64,000 nucleotides of DNA, taken from Epithemia pelagica (Eukaryota; Protista; Bacillariophyta). The stretch is from NCBI GenBank assembly GCA_946965045.2, contig OX337228.1:2170001-2234000 (forward strand), read 5' to 3'. Numbering within the stretch: the first letter of the stretch is position 1; every line of letters starts with the position of its first letter. A program made the position numbers and the translations under genes. This document shows, in pieces, positions 1-11,325 of this stretch. The notes beneath the pieces were generated by a model that had not been told where the DNA came from, did not search any database, and saw only the letters and a program-made list of their open reading frames with translations.

Positions 1-548
1 TTGGAGACTGATGCTTGGCCCATTGGCGAGTACTTTGTGCTTGCCCAACGAATCGGACCCCGTGTAAAATTCTGGTGATTCCACGGTGGTTGATGAAAGG
101 GCTCCGCCATCCATTGGTTCATGGATCTTCTCCTCATTCTCCATTTCCGTGCTCTATCAAGATTTGGAGAGTCGGGAGATGGAAGAGTCTTTGGCCTGTG
201 GATGGTATGTTCCTCTTTTCTTCGGTCGGCCTCCAAATCCACCCAATCTTGTGATCCTTTGACTGTCGAAATAGTCGTGGTGGCAGATACAGAAGAATTT
301 GCGGTGACGGGGAGGTTGTCAGCAAAGGAAGACTGATCCGCAACAAGCTTGAGTGTTCGAACATCCAATCCCATGGTCGTGGAGTCCACCAGAAGGGACT
401 CCAGAAGAATCAGGCGTAGTACGCCAACGAAAAACGATAAAGCCATGATGGGCACAAGAATACGACGCATTCCTCTGCTGTCCGCTTGGGTACACGAGTC
501 GAACGAGAGGAAGCGAAGCTTGTGTTTTCTGTTCCATTGGATGGTCAT
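1..548 (-). CDS. 5' part of a hypothetical type II membrane protein (runs off window edge)
   Basis: Manual translation from ATG 548 is open to the window edge: MTIQWNRKHKLRFLSFDSCTQADSRGMRRILVPIMALSFFVGVLRLILLESLLV... One hydrophobic helix followed by an S/T-rich stalk. Absent from the ORF track because there is no stop in the window. Confidence 0.55.
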   Translation of the reverse strand, partial: MTIQWNRKHKLRFLSFDSCTQADSRGMRRILVPIMALSFFVGVLRLILLESLLVDSTTMGLDVRTLKLVADQSSFADNLPVTANSSVSATTTISTVKGSQDWVDLEADRRKEEHTIHRPKTLPSPDSPNLDRARKWRMRRRSMNQWMAEPFHQPPWNHQNFTRGPIRWASTKYSPMGQASVS

Positions 549-869
549 GGTAAAAGGAGCACGCTGGTCCACTAATGAATGAACAACTGTCCCAGGGGAG
601 AGAGGCAAGAGGTGCGCGTCCGGATCTTGGTCTGTGCGCGTGGTGGGCACTTCCGAATGCGCGTGGACCGTTGAATGAAGTGCGCCGTCCTCAAGCACTC
701 ACACGACAAGATAGCTTAGGTAGCGAAAACTAGAGGAATAGCCAAAGTAACAAGTAATGTCATTGTCCACCAGAAAAGAAGAGACAAAAGGGAAAAGGAC
801 TACTATACCTTTGTTTAACAGGATATATGCTTCCCCATCTCATCGCATCGCTAAAGAGAATGGCACTTC

Positions 870-3440
870 CTAAAAGAGAGAACGCAACCACTTCTTGGAC
901 GACATTGTCAAACGCATGATGAACTCCTCGTCTCTCGGCGCTGTGCTTTTCACATGACCCATGGGGAAATAGAGCGACGCGAACTGACCGACCATGGGGA
1001 AGACAGACATGGGTTCGTCAACTCGTGCCACCTGAAAGACAACTAAGGAGTCCTTCCCCGTACCACCATTGTCAGCTACTCGATGTTGCAGTTCTTGTTC
1101 CGTTTCCACAACATATGACAACTTGTGCTTGTCACAGATGCTCTTCATGGCAGAGTTACCCGGTGGCAGCGACAGTTGAAGCTGATCACGAGCTGACGAA
1201 GCATGAAATAGGATCGAGATGGGAGCGCAAGCATCCCATGTTGTACTGTCCGAACCACACCGCACGATCGTTGTGGTTTGCAAAGGCGGACGTTGAATAC
1301 CCCACAAAACGGTGCGGGCCTGGTCAGTCAACCTCACTTCTTTTGGATTGCAAACATCAACGTTTCGCAAATACTCAACCAGTAAGCAACAATAGCCACG
1401 AATCTCTTCACTCTGCACTTCTTCCACCAGATTTGCAGACGATTTGATCCATGTGGTCCCAACCGATTGTTGACGCAAAAAGTCGGATTGGTATGTGGTA
1501 TCATAGGACGGGTTCGAGCTGGGTACATAAACGGGAAACTTGGTATATTTGGCCATTTCATTACGTGGTGGAACTTCCCCAAAGATTTCGCCTTCTTGAG
1601 GACGAGCCTGGCAAGTCAAAGCAGGAGGGAAAAGTTTAGGTAATGGATTGGTAGGAATCACGTCACTATTACGTCCGCCCACTGTATAAACAGCCAACGC
1701 TGTTCGATCAAAGAGACGACGAAGATTTTTGTACGAGTCGACCATATTTCCATTAATGGCCAAGGAAATGGGCTGCGTTTGATTCAACCAATGAGCCAAC
1801 TTGTCCACTGTCGCGTAGTCCCATGGATCGGTTTCAAGCTTGGTGTAGTCCACAACAACTTTGCGCCAATATTCGGGCAACCCATTCTTGCCTTCCTCTG
1901 TCGTTGGTTCTGGTAATTTGTCGTTGAGCTTCCAGTAGGAGTGAGATTTTTCGTCGAATATGTACCCAGCTGATTCCGGAGGACCTTTCGAATCTGTATT
2001 GGGGAAAATGCCGTCGCATTTCTTTTGACGCAAAGCCTCCACTGGGGAATCAATGGTTTGGGCACAAGACGCCATGATACCCTCGACGTCGTCCTCAGTG
2101 AAGCTGGGGGGTACAATGACATGCCGCAAAGCGGTGCACTGACCTGCACTTTCAATTGACGCACTCGTCGCAATGGCGGCTTTCATTTCTGCTGTAAACC
2201 ACTCCTCTTCTTCTTCGTCGATTTTTGATTTCGTGGCAGGGGCCTTGGTATTTGGATTGGAGTCAAGCTTTTTTCGGTTCATCATGTTTTTGACTGCTTC
2301 CACGTCCACTGCATCCTGGGGGTCGCTGTCAATAGGGTCTGCTTGCTTGGCCGTGGATAAAAGCATCGTGTTGGGCCCTCCTGTACTTGCAATGGTATTG
2401 GGATAAATGGAGGTGATTTGGGCAGCCAACTCACGAGAACCAGTCATGTACAGATTCCCTGTTTGGTCTTGACAAGTTTGCAAAATGTCCTTGATATCGT
2501 CCAATGAGCACGACAAATAGGTAATCATTCCTGGATCCACTCCTTGTTTTTGAATCGCTTGTTCAATCAAGAGCTGTGTCCATCGGAAGGAATGTTGTTG
2601 CACTTGGTTGGTCCGTCCCAAGATCAAGACCGGCACGCCCACTTCGAGGCTACGGATCACCTTACGACTAAGATCAAGGAAATTCGAAAAGTTGGAAACA
2701 CAATGGACAAAGATTGGCTTCCGGTTTACTGTCACATGTTTTCGTTTTTCTTCCAACAACAAGTAGTCATTCAAACGACGTTCCACCACACACGCCATAA
2801 CAGCCTCCTCCAACTCCGTTGCCCCATCTTGCTTGGCAAAATCCATGCACTGATTCCCAACCAAGGCACCACCATGATGTGTCAAAATGTCTTGTTCTGC
2901 TTGACGAATCTGATCGCGTAAATCAGTCCATTTTGATTGGAAGCTACATATATGCGGTTTGAGTACGGTTTCAACCTGTTCTCTACTTGCCAAGACTTGC
3001 AGACCATTCACTTGTCCCATAGCATCAAGAGTCTCGACTGGCTTGGTCTCATGAGGTAGCGCTTTCCCGTTGACGATACTGCATATGGGGTCCTTGAACC
3101 ACTGCTCCGCATCAAACTTTTCATCAAGAAAGGTCAGCCCAGCACTGCGGAAATCATCGGGATTTGGGTGAGGCAGTCCCTTGAAGCAAGATTCGTATTC
3201 CGATGTTCCGAAATGGAAGGCGCCAAACATTCGTTGACCATAGTAGCTGTTATCCGAAGCACTGGACAAAGCCCTAACATTTTGTGATCCAGTCCATCGT
3301 TGGATTGAAAGATTTTTCCATTTTTGATGGCTCGACCCTGTGTGCTGTGTTGGCAATGGTCGACCGACAAGCTCCCTAGACCAGCTTTGCAGTCCAAGCC
3401 GCTTGTGTAGGATGGACTCGAGGTTGAACTTCACCATCAT
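870..3440 (-). CDS. Divergent aldehyde dehydrogenase-superfamily protein (PutA/P5CDH-like motifs, long C-terminal extension)
   Basis: 861-aa ORF; first ATG at 3440. Motifs CVSNF (oxyanion Asn), MTGSRELAAQI (FTGS NAD motif), IASTGGPNTM (cf. PutA IAETGGQNAM), ESAGQCTALRHV (cf. DSAGQRCSALRV). Confidence 0.8.
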   Translation of the reverse strand: MMVKFNLESILHKRLGLQSWSRELVGRPLPTQHTGSSHQKWKNLSIQRWTGSQNVRALSSASDNSYYGQRMFGAFHFGTSEYESCFKGLPHPNPDDFRSAGLTFLDEKFDAEQWFKDPICSIVNGKALPHETKPVETLDAMGQVNGLQVLASREQVETVLKPHICSFQSKWTDLRDQIRQAEQDILTHHGGALVGNQCMDFAKQDGATELEEAVMACVVERRLNDYLLLEEKRKHVTVNRKPIFVHCVSNFSNFLDLSRKVIRSLEVGVPVLILGRTNQVQQHSFRWTQLLIEQAIQKQGVDPGMITYLSCSLDDIKDILQTCQDQTGNLYMTGSRELAAQITSIYPNTIASTGGPNTMLLSTAKQADPIDSDPQDAVDVEAVKNMMNRKKLDSNPNTKAPATKSKIDEEEEEWFTAEMKAAIATSASIESAGQCTALRHVIVPPSFTEDDVEGIMASCAQTIDSPVEALRQKKCDGIFPNTDSKGPPESAGYIFDEKSHSYWKLNDKLPEPTTEEGKNGLPEYWRKVVVDYTKLETDPWDYATVDKLAHWLNQTQPISLAINGNMVDSYKNLRRLFDRTALAVYTVGGRNSDVIPTNPLPKLFPPALTCQARPQEGEIFGEVPPRNEMAKYTKFPVYVPSSNPSYDTTYQSDFLRQQSVGTTWIKSSANLVEEVQSEEIRGYCCLLVEYLRNVDVCNPKEVRLTDQARTVLWGIQRPPLQTTTIVRCGSDSTTWDACAPISILFHASSARDQLQLSLPPGNSAMKSICDKHKLSYVVETEQELQHRVADNGGTGKDSLVVFQVARVDEPMSVFPMVGQFASLYFPMGHVKSTAPRDEEFIMRLTMSSKKWLRSLF

Positions 3441-3971
3441 TCTCTGTTGTATCAAAGACCTCTTGGCTGGGCCTTACAAAAGATCCTTTGCTGACGGATG
3501 AATCAATGATGGGTTGAGAGTTGAGAAGGCGAAAATGGGATCAACCTGCCAGCTAGGTCCTCTACCTCATCGCTACAATCATTATTTACTGCTAGGGGAG
3601 TGGAGGGATCTGACTCTGACCCGTTTCTATATCGTTACTTGGATAGGAACAAAGAGTCCACTTTGGACTATCGATCTCATCGCATCTATTTCCTATTGCG
3701 ATACGATTGTATCTATAGACTTAGCACATGGAAGTACATTACGTGGAAAAAGTAGGTCGGAACCATACTCTTCAGGTGTCTGACGTTCTGTTGTTGTTGT
3801 TGTTGTTGTTACGTGTGTGAGAGTGAGATACTATCAACTTTGAAAAGAAGAGGTGCAGAAGATCATGGTGGCATGGGTTCCAGTGCTGTAGGAGTGTGTA
3901 GTCTCAACTATCCATTACTTCTACATCACGGCATCAGTAAGCAAAAGATGCTTTCACCAATGCCAATCTTT

Positions 3972-4815
3972 TCATTTGTCGGCGGAAGAGAACCCATCAT
4001 TCGGAATTCGCAGCTGTGAAGAAGAAGAGCCCGTTAGAGGAAAATTGTCATACATGCTATAACCATCGTACCAAGTTCACAACACTCACCTTCATGCCAG
4101 CGTACTCTTCTTTGACATGTATTTGGCAACCGAGTCGCGAACTGCAAAAACGATTCAAAAATTAGACACACGAGTCGAGGAATGACACTGCGCAGGTAGC
4201 GGGTATGTCGGAACTCACGTGTCTGTAACAGAGAAAGCCAAATCTAGCATATCGTCTTCTTCTTCCGATTTGGTGGGGAGTTTGTCGTATATTTCTGGTT
4301 CGAAAACCAGGTGGCATGTGCTACAGGCCAGTTCTCCACCACATGCTCCTTCTAATTCCACATTATTGGCATGTGCTGCGTCTAGCAAATGGTCCCCTAC
4401 CACAGCCTGGACTTCGACTTCCCTTTCAATGCTTCCATCTGGTCGTTCCTCCATAAACGTAATTGGGACTGTTTTTTTCTGTTCACTGCTCACTGCTGCA
4501 CCATCATCCGAAGCTGGCTTACGCACTGAAGGGATCCATATCCAAATGAGATCATGAAATGAGATCACGTGTGCAAGAGACCAAGGCGTGTCATTCGAGA
4601 AAAAAACAAAAGTACATACAATGGTAGGTTTTGGTTGTGAGAGACGACTTTCTTGTCCGTGTTCGAACCGTCCCTTTGGTTGTTCTGCCGTATGACAGCC
4701 CATCCAGTAGAAGAATTTGCGAGTTTCGCAAAGCAGCGGTATCCAGAGACCGCCATACGGCTCTTTCCGATTTCATAAGAGTACGCAATGCAATCATTTT
4801 CGAAAAATGCGCCAT
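3972..4815 (-). CDS. Mitochondrial adrenodoxin-type [2Fe-2S] ferredoxin (Yah1/FDX-like), 4 exons
   Basis: [15 protein letters not shown]...[10 protein letters not shown] in the 162-aa ORF. Spliced continuation read by hand: TDT|[17 protein letters not shown]|[13 protein letters not shown] (TGA 3972-3974). ATG 4815 starts a basic transit-like N-terminus. GT-AG introns near 4527-4619, 4143-4217 and 4013-4089 (boundaries approximate). Confidence 0.9.
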
Positions 4816-5895
4816 GGCGAGAATCCGCCGCTGAAAAATTCAGTCCTTATTTATGACGTCAGATATCGGAATTGACGGCTGTTGCATCGATCGCTCATCA
4901 GACGCATTAAGGTCCACAGGTGATCGCCGGGTGATACACAATCCATCTCAAATTGGCATTGCCTGAACATGGACCCTGGATCCAAGCGCCTGAACATGAT
5001 AGATCCTGGATCCAAGCCATGATTCATCTACCGAAGCGGAGGGTGGAGATGTAGGAGTAGTTGGTAAGACGTAGTAGTAGCACTTCTCTTTTACTCCACA
5101 AGAAATGAGTCCAGTTCACGTTGTAAACTTGGTGCAAAGGTAGTCGATAATTTCAACCGGCAATTGATAGACGCAAGAAAAATTCGAAGCGATGGCAGCC
5201 ATGTCATTATCCAGAATAAAAAAGCTTGTAGCGGCAAGAAACTGTCCCTGCGATATCATAATCAAGGCCAGTTCTAACTTTCAACCGTTCGAGCGAAGAC
5301 AGGCCATTAAGGTGCATATCTGCGATATCCCACGTTCGGCTTCCAGTTGCCGTACAATAGACCAATGTCCCCATTTTCTGGTGAGCTGTAGACGATGGCA
5401 TACCGCGTGAGTGGCGATAGCCACACTTTTTTGATATTGATACAATAGAGCTCCTCTACGAATAGAATGTCTGGCGCGACTGGATTGGGTCGATATCGGT
5501 TCGCGACTCGCGACTCCCGTCACGCTCCCCCAAGGTCCATAGCACTTGCATATTTGTGGGTCCCGTCCTGAATAACTCCCCTTCGCTCTCATGCTAGTTC
5601 ATCTATTGATAGCAGTGATTTTACAATAACCCGAAGGACAGGAAGTAGGGAGTTCCCCAATGGAGACTTTTTGATTTAGTCGTCAGATACGCCCAGTCAA
5701 GGAATGACCGCAGGCACAACCCCCAGAATTGACTGTCTGTGCCTCCTCTGTGCGTTCCACATTCTCTGGTCTGGGCCTATTCGCCTATCTAAAGGAGGCA
5801 ACTGGCAACTCTCGCATGAGCCAAAGGAAGTAGACGAGCACATAAGAGGCAGTCCTTTCTGGTTCGAGTTGGTGAAGGAAGATCGAAGATAGACG

Positions 5896-8800
5896 ATGAC
5901 TGCTGTTGCAAACACAGCGGCAGAGACACCGAAAGCTCCCGGCGCAGAAATTGAGGTTGACTATGGCTATGAGGATACCGGCATTGATTACGGATATGGC
6001 GACGCCGAACCATCCCCCGCTGAACCTGCTCCTGAGCAGCCGAAAACCAACAACAACAACAGCGGACAGCATGGTGGAAGACATAGGCGTCTTTCTTCTT
6101 TTGTAGGATCTGGGACAAATACGTCGACAGATGGAGATCATCATGGCGGCGGTGGCGGCGGAGGTGCAGGTGGTGGCGGCGGTGGAGGCGGAGGTGGTGG
6201 TCATAAGCGGCGTGGACGACGTCTCAGTATGTTTGCCTTTGCAGGACAAGACAATGATATGGACGAATTTAACAAAAACGGGACGAAAGAGGACTCAAAC
6301 AAGGATCACAAAGGTAAGGGTGCCAAGACACAGCAGCGTAGGATGGATGATATTAGTAGCAATAGTGGTCACCATGGGGGTGGAATGTTGGGAAGTTTCT
6401 TCCGAGGTGGAGGTGGTGGTAATAATAATCAGGGAGGAGGTGGCGATGCCAAAGGACCCACAAGGCGACGTGGAAGACGACTGAGTATGATTGCTTTTGA
6501 TGGAGGTAACCATAATCTAAACAGTGAAGATGGCCACGATGTCAGCCCCCCCAAGTCAGAGCCACCCGAAGCTGCACCAGAGCCCTCTAATCGACGTAAT
6601 AATGCGTTGCGAGGAGGCAGCTCTCATACAAGCCCAAGTGCAGATGGTGCTACCAGAAAGAACAAGTACTACCCTGCCGTACAACTACCCGCGGAGTACC
6701 TAGCCGATGCCTCGGCGAACAAACCCATTACAAGGACAATGGGAACAGGAGGAACGACAGCCTCGCATGGTAGTGTTGCATCTGCTCAGCAATTCTCGTC
6801 GCAACAACCTGTGATCGCTTCTCCCGCACGACGTGCTCAACGAAGGTCTAGTTTCGGGGGTGCTTTAACCCCATCAACGACCGCGGTGTCTCCTACAAAT
6901 GTTCAGGAAAACAGTCGGAGATATACAATGGTTGGCTCTAGTCCCGAACAAACTCCCACTAAGTATGTAGGACGCCCCCCACATGCTTCACCAGGAAAGG
7001 GTCCACCTCCAAGCCCAAACAAACATCCTAGAGGTGTCCCATCACCGCGTCCTGGAGCTCACCCCTCAAATGGCCATCGTGGACAAGGATCATCACTGGG
7101 GCATTCCTCTTCCCACTCTGCATCTGCTCCGCATCAATCCAAGCAAATCAGTGGAAAGGTCGGAATGGCAGTCTTGGATCAATCTGGTCATTCTACGCCG
7201 CAGTCGCCACGTACACAGAAGCGCGCTATTGGTAAACTCGCTGTTCAAGGTGTCCCAGAAGCCTCGATACATAAGGTTTCTGTACCTAGTGAGTGGTCGA
7301 CATCTCTCGATAGCAACGATGAAGGTGTTGTGGAAGAGGAGTCTGAGTTGCAGCAGTACATGAAATCCATGGAACTGGGATCATCGTCACACAGTGCACA
7401 AGGTGGTGGCGCAAGTGTCAATTCATCCAATGTTTCGTCGTCAGCCTCTGTAGGTTCGTCGGCTGGTATGTACCGCAAGGAAGTGGCGGCCATGGCACGG
7501 GAGGCACGGGCGTTGACGGCAGCCGGTATTGAACCGGGACCTAACAATATGTCCCTCTTGTACATTTTGGCCCGATGTTGTGATTGGTCAGCGGTCTTGG
7601 AGGAAGTCAAGCTCTCCCCTCGTGATGCCAAGGTGGTGAGTGAGAAAGATGGCACGACCGCCTTACACTTGGCGGTCATGTCGAGAACAAATCCCATGAT
7701 GAGGGATGGAAAAGCGGGTGAACCTGCACCCATGGAAGTAGTTGAAGCCTTGGTGCAGGCCTGCCCAGAAGCAGCCATCATTCGATGTGCGAAGAAGAGA
7801 TACACCCCACTGTGTTACGCCTGCTTAGTGGCCGATGTCAACTATGACATGGACGATTGTGCAAAGATTGTTGAACTCTTGATAAAACATGCGCCACACA
7901 GTCCATTCGTCTTCACTGACGACGGGTTCTCGGCCTTGGACATTCATATCTTGTCCTACAGTCAACTTCATAAACACAAGGAAGAAATTGGCAGTGGGAG
8001 CGCGCGGGCAATGTCTACCGTTGTCTTGCAAACTCTGCTGACTGGGGAACCCTCGTTGGCGGACGCTCGCGTATATCGAAACAAAATTAGAGGACCGTTG
8101 GAGCTGTTGTATAGATGCAACATCGATGAATTTAAGGAGGCCGTGGATAAGCAAGAAGAGCTAGAGCTGAACGACGATATGGACCAGGAGCATGTTGAAG
8201 CGGTGCTCAGCGACTGGTGGGCCTGGAAGTGGAGTTTGATGTTGTTGAGGTATGCATCGATAAGCGCTGGACAAGACGTTTCGCCATTTAAGGCTGTTCA
8301 TGCATCTGCGAGATTGGTCGGATGCCCTCTTCCAGTGTTGGCGCTTTCTGTGAATACGTTTCCGAAGCAAGTCACAGAACGGGATCCAACGGGGGATATT
8401 TACAATGTAAGTAGTTTTTTGTCGTCGCTCGTGGATAGCTCTCTGTGCGCTGAAACTCACCCGTTCTATTTTGTCACTATTTCGCAGCTACCACTTCATG
8501 AAGTTTGTAGCTGGCGTGCCGATACAGAGAATGTCGCTGGCGACCCATTCATTGCAACCAGAAAATTCAAAGCCATGCGTATGTTGTTGGAACAGTTTCC
8601 GGAGGCCGCCCGCATGACAAACAATTGTGGCGAAACCCCCCTCCAGCTGGCCGTGGAAACATGTACACCTTGGCATGGGGGACTGGAAGCCCTGGTTGAG
8701 GCCTGCCCCAAGGCGTTGAAGTTCCCTCGTAAATTACGAATAACCGACAATGGGCTCTCCTTAGCTGTCGCGAACCACTCTGCCATTGATTCCGTCGCCA

Positions 8801-9057
8801 CATACGACAGCGAAGAGCCAGACCCATTGGAGCCCTTGGAAAACATGTATCCATTTTTAGTTTCGGCAGTGCTAGGAGGCGTATCGCGAAATAAACTGCG
8901 ACCACCCGTCTCCTTTTCGGACGAAATGGCCAAAGAACATTATGCTAACTTGGAACGAAAGGACCTTCAAGCAGTGCGTGCTGTTTATGGACTTTTGAGG
9001 GCGAGGCCAGAAGTCTTAGCGAAGTACCGAAACTTTATGAAGCAGTCGGGGGCATAG
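5896..9057 (+). CDS. Ankyrin-repeat protein with long Gly/Ser/Pro-rich disordered N-terminus
   Basis: 1053-aa ORF with ankyrin-like DGTTALHLAV, YTPLCYAC, DGFSALDIHI, LPLHEVC, GETPLQLAVE. 81-nt stop-free intron 8407-8487 (GTAAGT...TTCGCAG) joins GDIYN|LPLHEV. Confidence 0.8.
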   Translation: MTAVANTAAETPKAPGAEIEVDYGYEDTGIDYGYGDAEPSPAEPAPEQPKTNNNNSGQHGGRHRRLSSFVGSGTNTSTDGDHHGGGGGGGAGGGGGGGGGGGHKRRGRRLSMFAFAGQDNDMDEFNKNGTKEDSNKDHKGKGAKTQQRRMDDISSNSGHHGGGMLGSFFRGGGGGNNNQGGGGDAKGPTRRRGRRLSMIAFDGGNHNLNSEDGHDVSPPKSEPPEAAPEPSNRRNNALRGGSSHTSPSADGATRKNKYYPAVQLPAEYLADASANKPITRTMGTGGTTASHGSVASAQQFSSQQPVIASPARRAQRRSSFGGALTPSTTAVSPTNVQENSRRYTMVGSSPEQTPTKYVGRPPHASPGKGPPPSPNKHPRGVPSPRPGAHPSNGHRGQGSSLGHSSSHSASAPHQSKQISGKVGMAVLDQSGHSTPQSPRTQKRAIGKLAVQGVPEASIHKVSVPSEWSTSLDSNDEGVVEEESELQQYMKSMELGSSSHSAQGGGASVNSSNVSSSASVGSSAGMYRKEVAAMAREARALTAAGIEPGPNNMSLLYILARCCDWSAVLEEVKLSPRDAKVVSEKDGTTALHLAVMSRTNPMMRDGKAGEPAPMEVVEALVQACPEAAIIRCAKKRYTPLCYACLVADVNYDMDDCAKIVELLIKHAPHSPFVFTDDGFSALDIHILSYSQLHKHKEEIGSGSARAMSTVVLQTLLTGEPSLADARVYRNKIRGPLELLYRCNIDEFKEAVDKQEELELNDDMDQEHVEAVLSDWWAWKWSLMLLRYASISAGQDVSPFKAVHASARLVGCPLPVLALSVNTFPKQVTERDPTGDIYNVSSFLSSLVDSSLCAETHPFYFVTISQLPLHEVCSWRADTENVAGDPFIATRKFKAMRMLLEQFPEAARMTNNCGETPLQLAVETCTPWHGGLEALVEACPKALKFPRKLRITDNGLSLAVANHSAIDSVATYDSEEPDPLEPLENMYPFLVSAVLGGVSRNKLRPPVSFSDEMAKEHYANLERKDLQAVRAVYGLLRARPEVLAKYRNFMKQSGA

Positions 9058-9707
9058 CAATACTGTGAAATGGTTTCTCCTTTACGAAGGGTCTACCGCA
9101 AGTTCTACATCCATACATGAAAGCGGAAGACGTCTCAAACACCATGTTAATACTCCTAGCTGAAAACGGACTTGCTTCATCGACATAGGTTTTTCTTAAT
9201 TGGAAAGAGACTTTGGTTGAGGTCCACTAGAAGGTTGTATCATGGGTGAAATGAAAGAATCACTGGTCATCGCTACAAGAAGCTCTGACCTTGCTTGTAT
9301 AGCCGTTTTCACCCTTTGGTAGGAGGAGAAAGTGGATATGGACGGGAAGGAAGAGGGGTATTTTTTGTCGACAATCGACAGCTTTTTGGAAAAAATGAGA
9401 ATGAAATTGGAATGGATTTTTTCATAGCGGTCGGTTCTTCATGCACCTATTGCAACTTAATTCCTGGTCGCTCTGAAGAGCGAGGAGGAGTATCTCAAAG
9501 ATTCGTCGGTGCTCTCAGATTTTCATTCACAGAACACACACAAATTCCCCCTTTTCATTTCAACAGCAAGACCCAGGGACAGGACAGGGACAGCAAGTAC
9601 AACAGCGATCACCTGGTCCTCAGTTCTTCTCTCTCTGGCAGTGATACGTTAAGTCGATCAGTTCTGTGGAATTTTCCTTCGACGTAGAGGTGGATCCCGA
9701 GAGAACG

Positions 9708-10324
9708 ATGATGGAAGTGAAGGGTAGAATCCAGCTACCGTACATTGTCATGTTATTCGTCACAATATCGATGACAGTGACCAGTACGACGGCGCTGGAT
9801 GTCGACCCGGGTGCCGATTTCAGTGGATATATGGAAGATTTGAAAAATAAAGAAGCTGAAGCTGAACGACAGAGAAATATTCTGAATGAACACGAGGTTT
9901 GTAGTTTGCTGTGCCTTCATGCCTTGGTATTTTATATTTCAAACGATATCTCATACTTCATTTCGGAAATCGGTTCTTTGCCCTCGGTCGCTAGATGTGG
10001 CGACAAACTACATGGAGCGGCTATTTTGTCCGTCAATTACAAAAACTTGGAAACCATTTCGCGCCTTTCTTTGAAGCGCTTGCTGATCTTGTCGAAGGAA
10101 GTACAGCCGAAGAAACTCCAGCTACTGTTTTGTTCACTTTACTCATTCGAACATTGGTGATCTCGGCGTACATTGTCGCCGCGTATGCCATTGCCCGAAT
10201 TCTGAACTCTATCTTTGGGCAAGACATTGTTATCGAAGAAGAAATCGTCATCGAAGAAGAAGAAGGAGACGGCGAGGTTACGGACGAGTCAAACGAGACA
10301 AATGAAGGCAAAAAAGCAAAATAA
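9708..10324 (+). CDS. Hypothetical signal-peptide plus single-TM protein, 2 exons
   Basis: Exon 1 MMEVKGRIQLPYIVMLFVTISMTVTSTTA...NEHE; intron GTTTGT(9898)...CTAG(9994); exon 2 MWRQTT...TLVISAYIVAAYAIARILNSIF, then an acidic tail. Confidence 0.6.
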
Positions 10325-11325
10325 GAAGTGCTCTTAAAGAGGGGCACGACCACGATCCACTGGACCATAATACAACGGAATTTTCAGTCGAAAAGACTCA
10401 TTTCCTGAATATACACGAGAAGATTCCAGATTCCAGTCTGCCTTGATGACAATCTTACGGTTGAGTTTGATTTTTCAGTTTTGTGGTGGTTTAGCTGTGT
10501 CCTGGAACAGAAATTAGATCATTCTTATGTCAAAGATGCAAGATCCAAAAATGTAGTCGATTCCTCTCGATTCTCCTTTGAACAGCCTATCAAGTTAACT
10601 TTCCTAGACAATCGACATGTAAGGATAATCGAGGAGCAGGTGTGGTCATGATAGCCACAACTTCGATAAAGATGCGGCCGTCATATCAGGATCAAGCTTC
10701 ATGTCGTTATGTACGAGTAAGATATTTCCTTGCAACAACGCAGCCATTGAAACCATGAAGACCTTACCTTCAAATAAGAATAGTTAGCCCAAAAGTTAAG
10801 TGGAGACCGCATCTTCTTCAGAGATGCTTTGGAAGATCATTTGAGCTTTCAACAACGATAGACAAGCATAAACAGTAAACAGCCACGGCTGGAACCTACC
10901 TAGAGAGGTAGGTAGTGCTACGGCCGCTTAAAGTCTTTCTCATTCTCATCACAGACCGGAGATCTGAGTCTGAGTGCTACCTGTAGGTAGGAGTAGAATA
11001 GTAGTAGTAGAGTTACCAATAGCCAACTCATACTCCTAGAGGAGTATGATAGAGGGATTAGGGATTAGGCCATTCCTATACCTCCGACCAAACCAAACCT
11101 GTGTCCCTGACGTCATCATCGGATCCAGTTTGGCGGGTTTTCCCATCCTATAGCACCGACCAAACCAAAATCAAATGCCGCGCTCTGTCAAAGCCGATCC
11201 CCCCACGCCCCCAAACACGCCCTCTTTTTACTTTGAGTTGTAGAATACTAATTTTTGTGACGCGTTGGCTGTTATGTCCTTCCTCACTTTTTTGTTTTAT
11301 GTTATCGCGTCCGTCGGATGGGGAA

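Noticed and set aside
4960-5600. Short duplication GCCTGAACATG...CCTGGATCCAAGC and small ORFs at 5192-5592
   Set aside because: No recognisable domain, TIR or TSD, and the frames are short and inconsistent.
11051-11070. AGGGATTAGGGATTAGG as an interstitial telomeric repeat
   Set aside because: Only two imperfect units, lying in a generally TAG-rich tract at the Harbinger target site.
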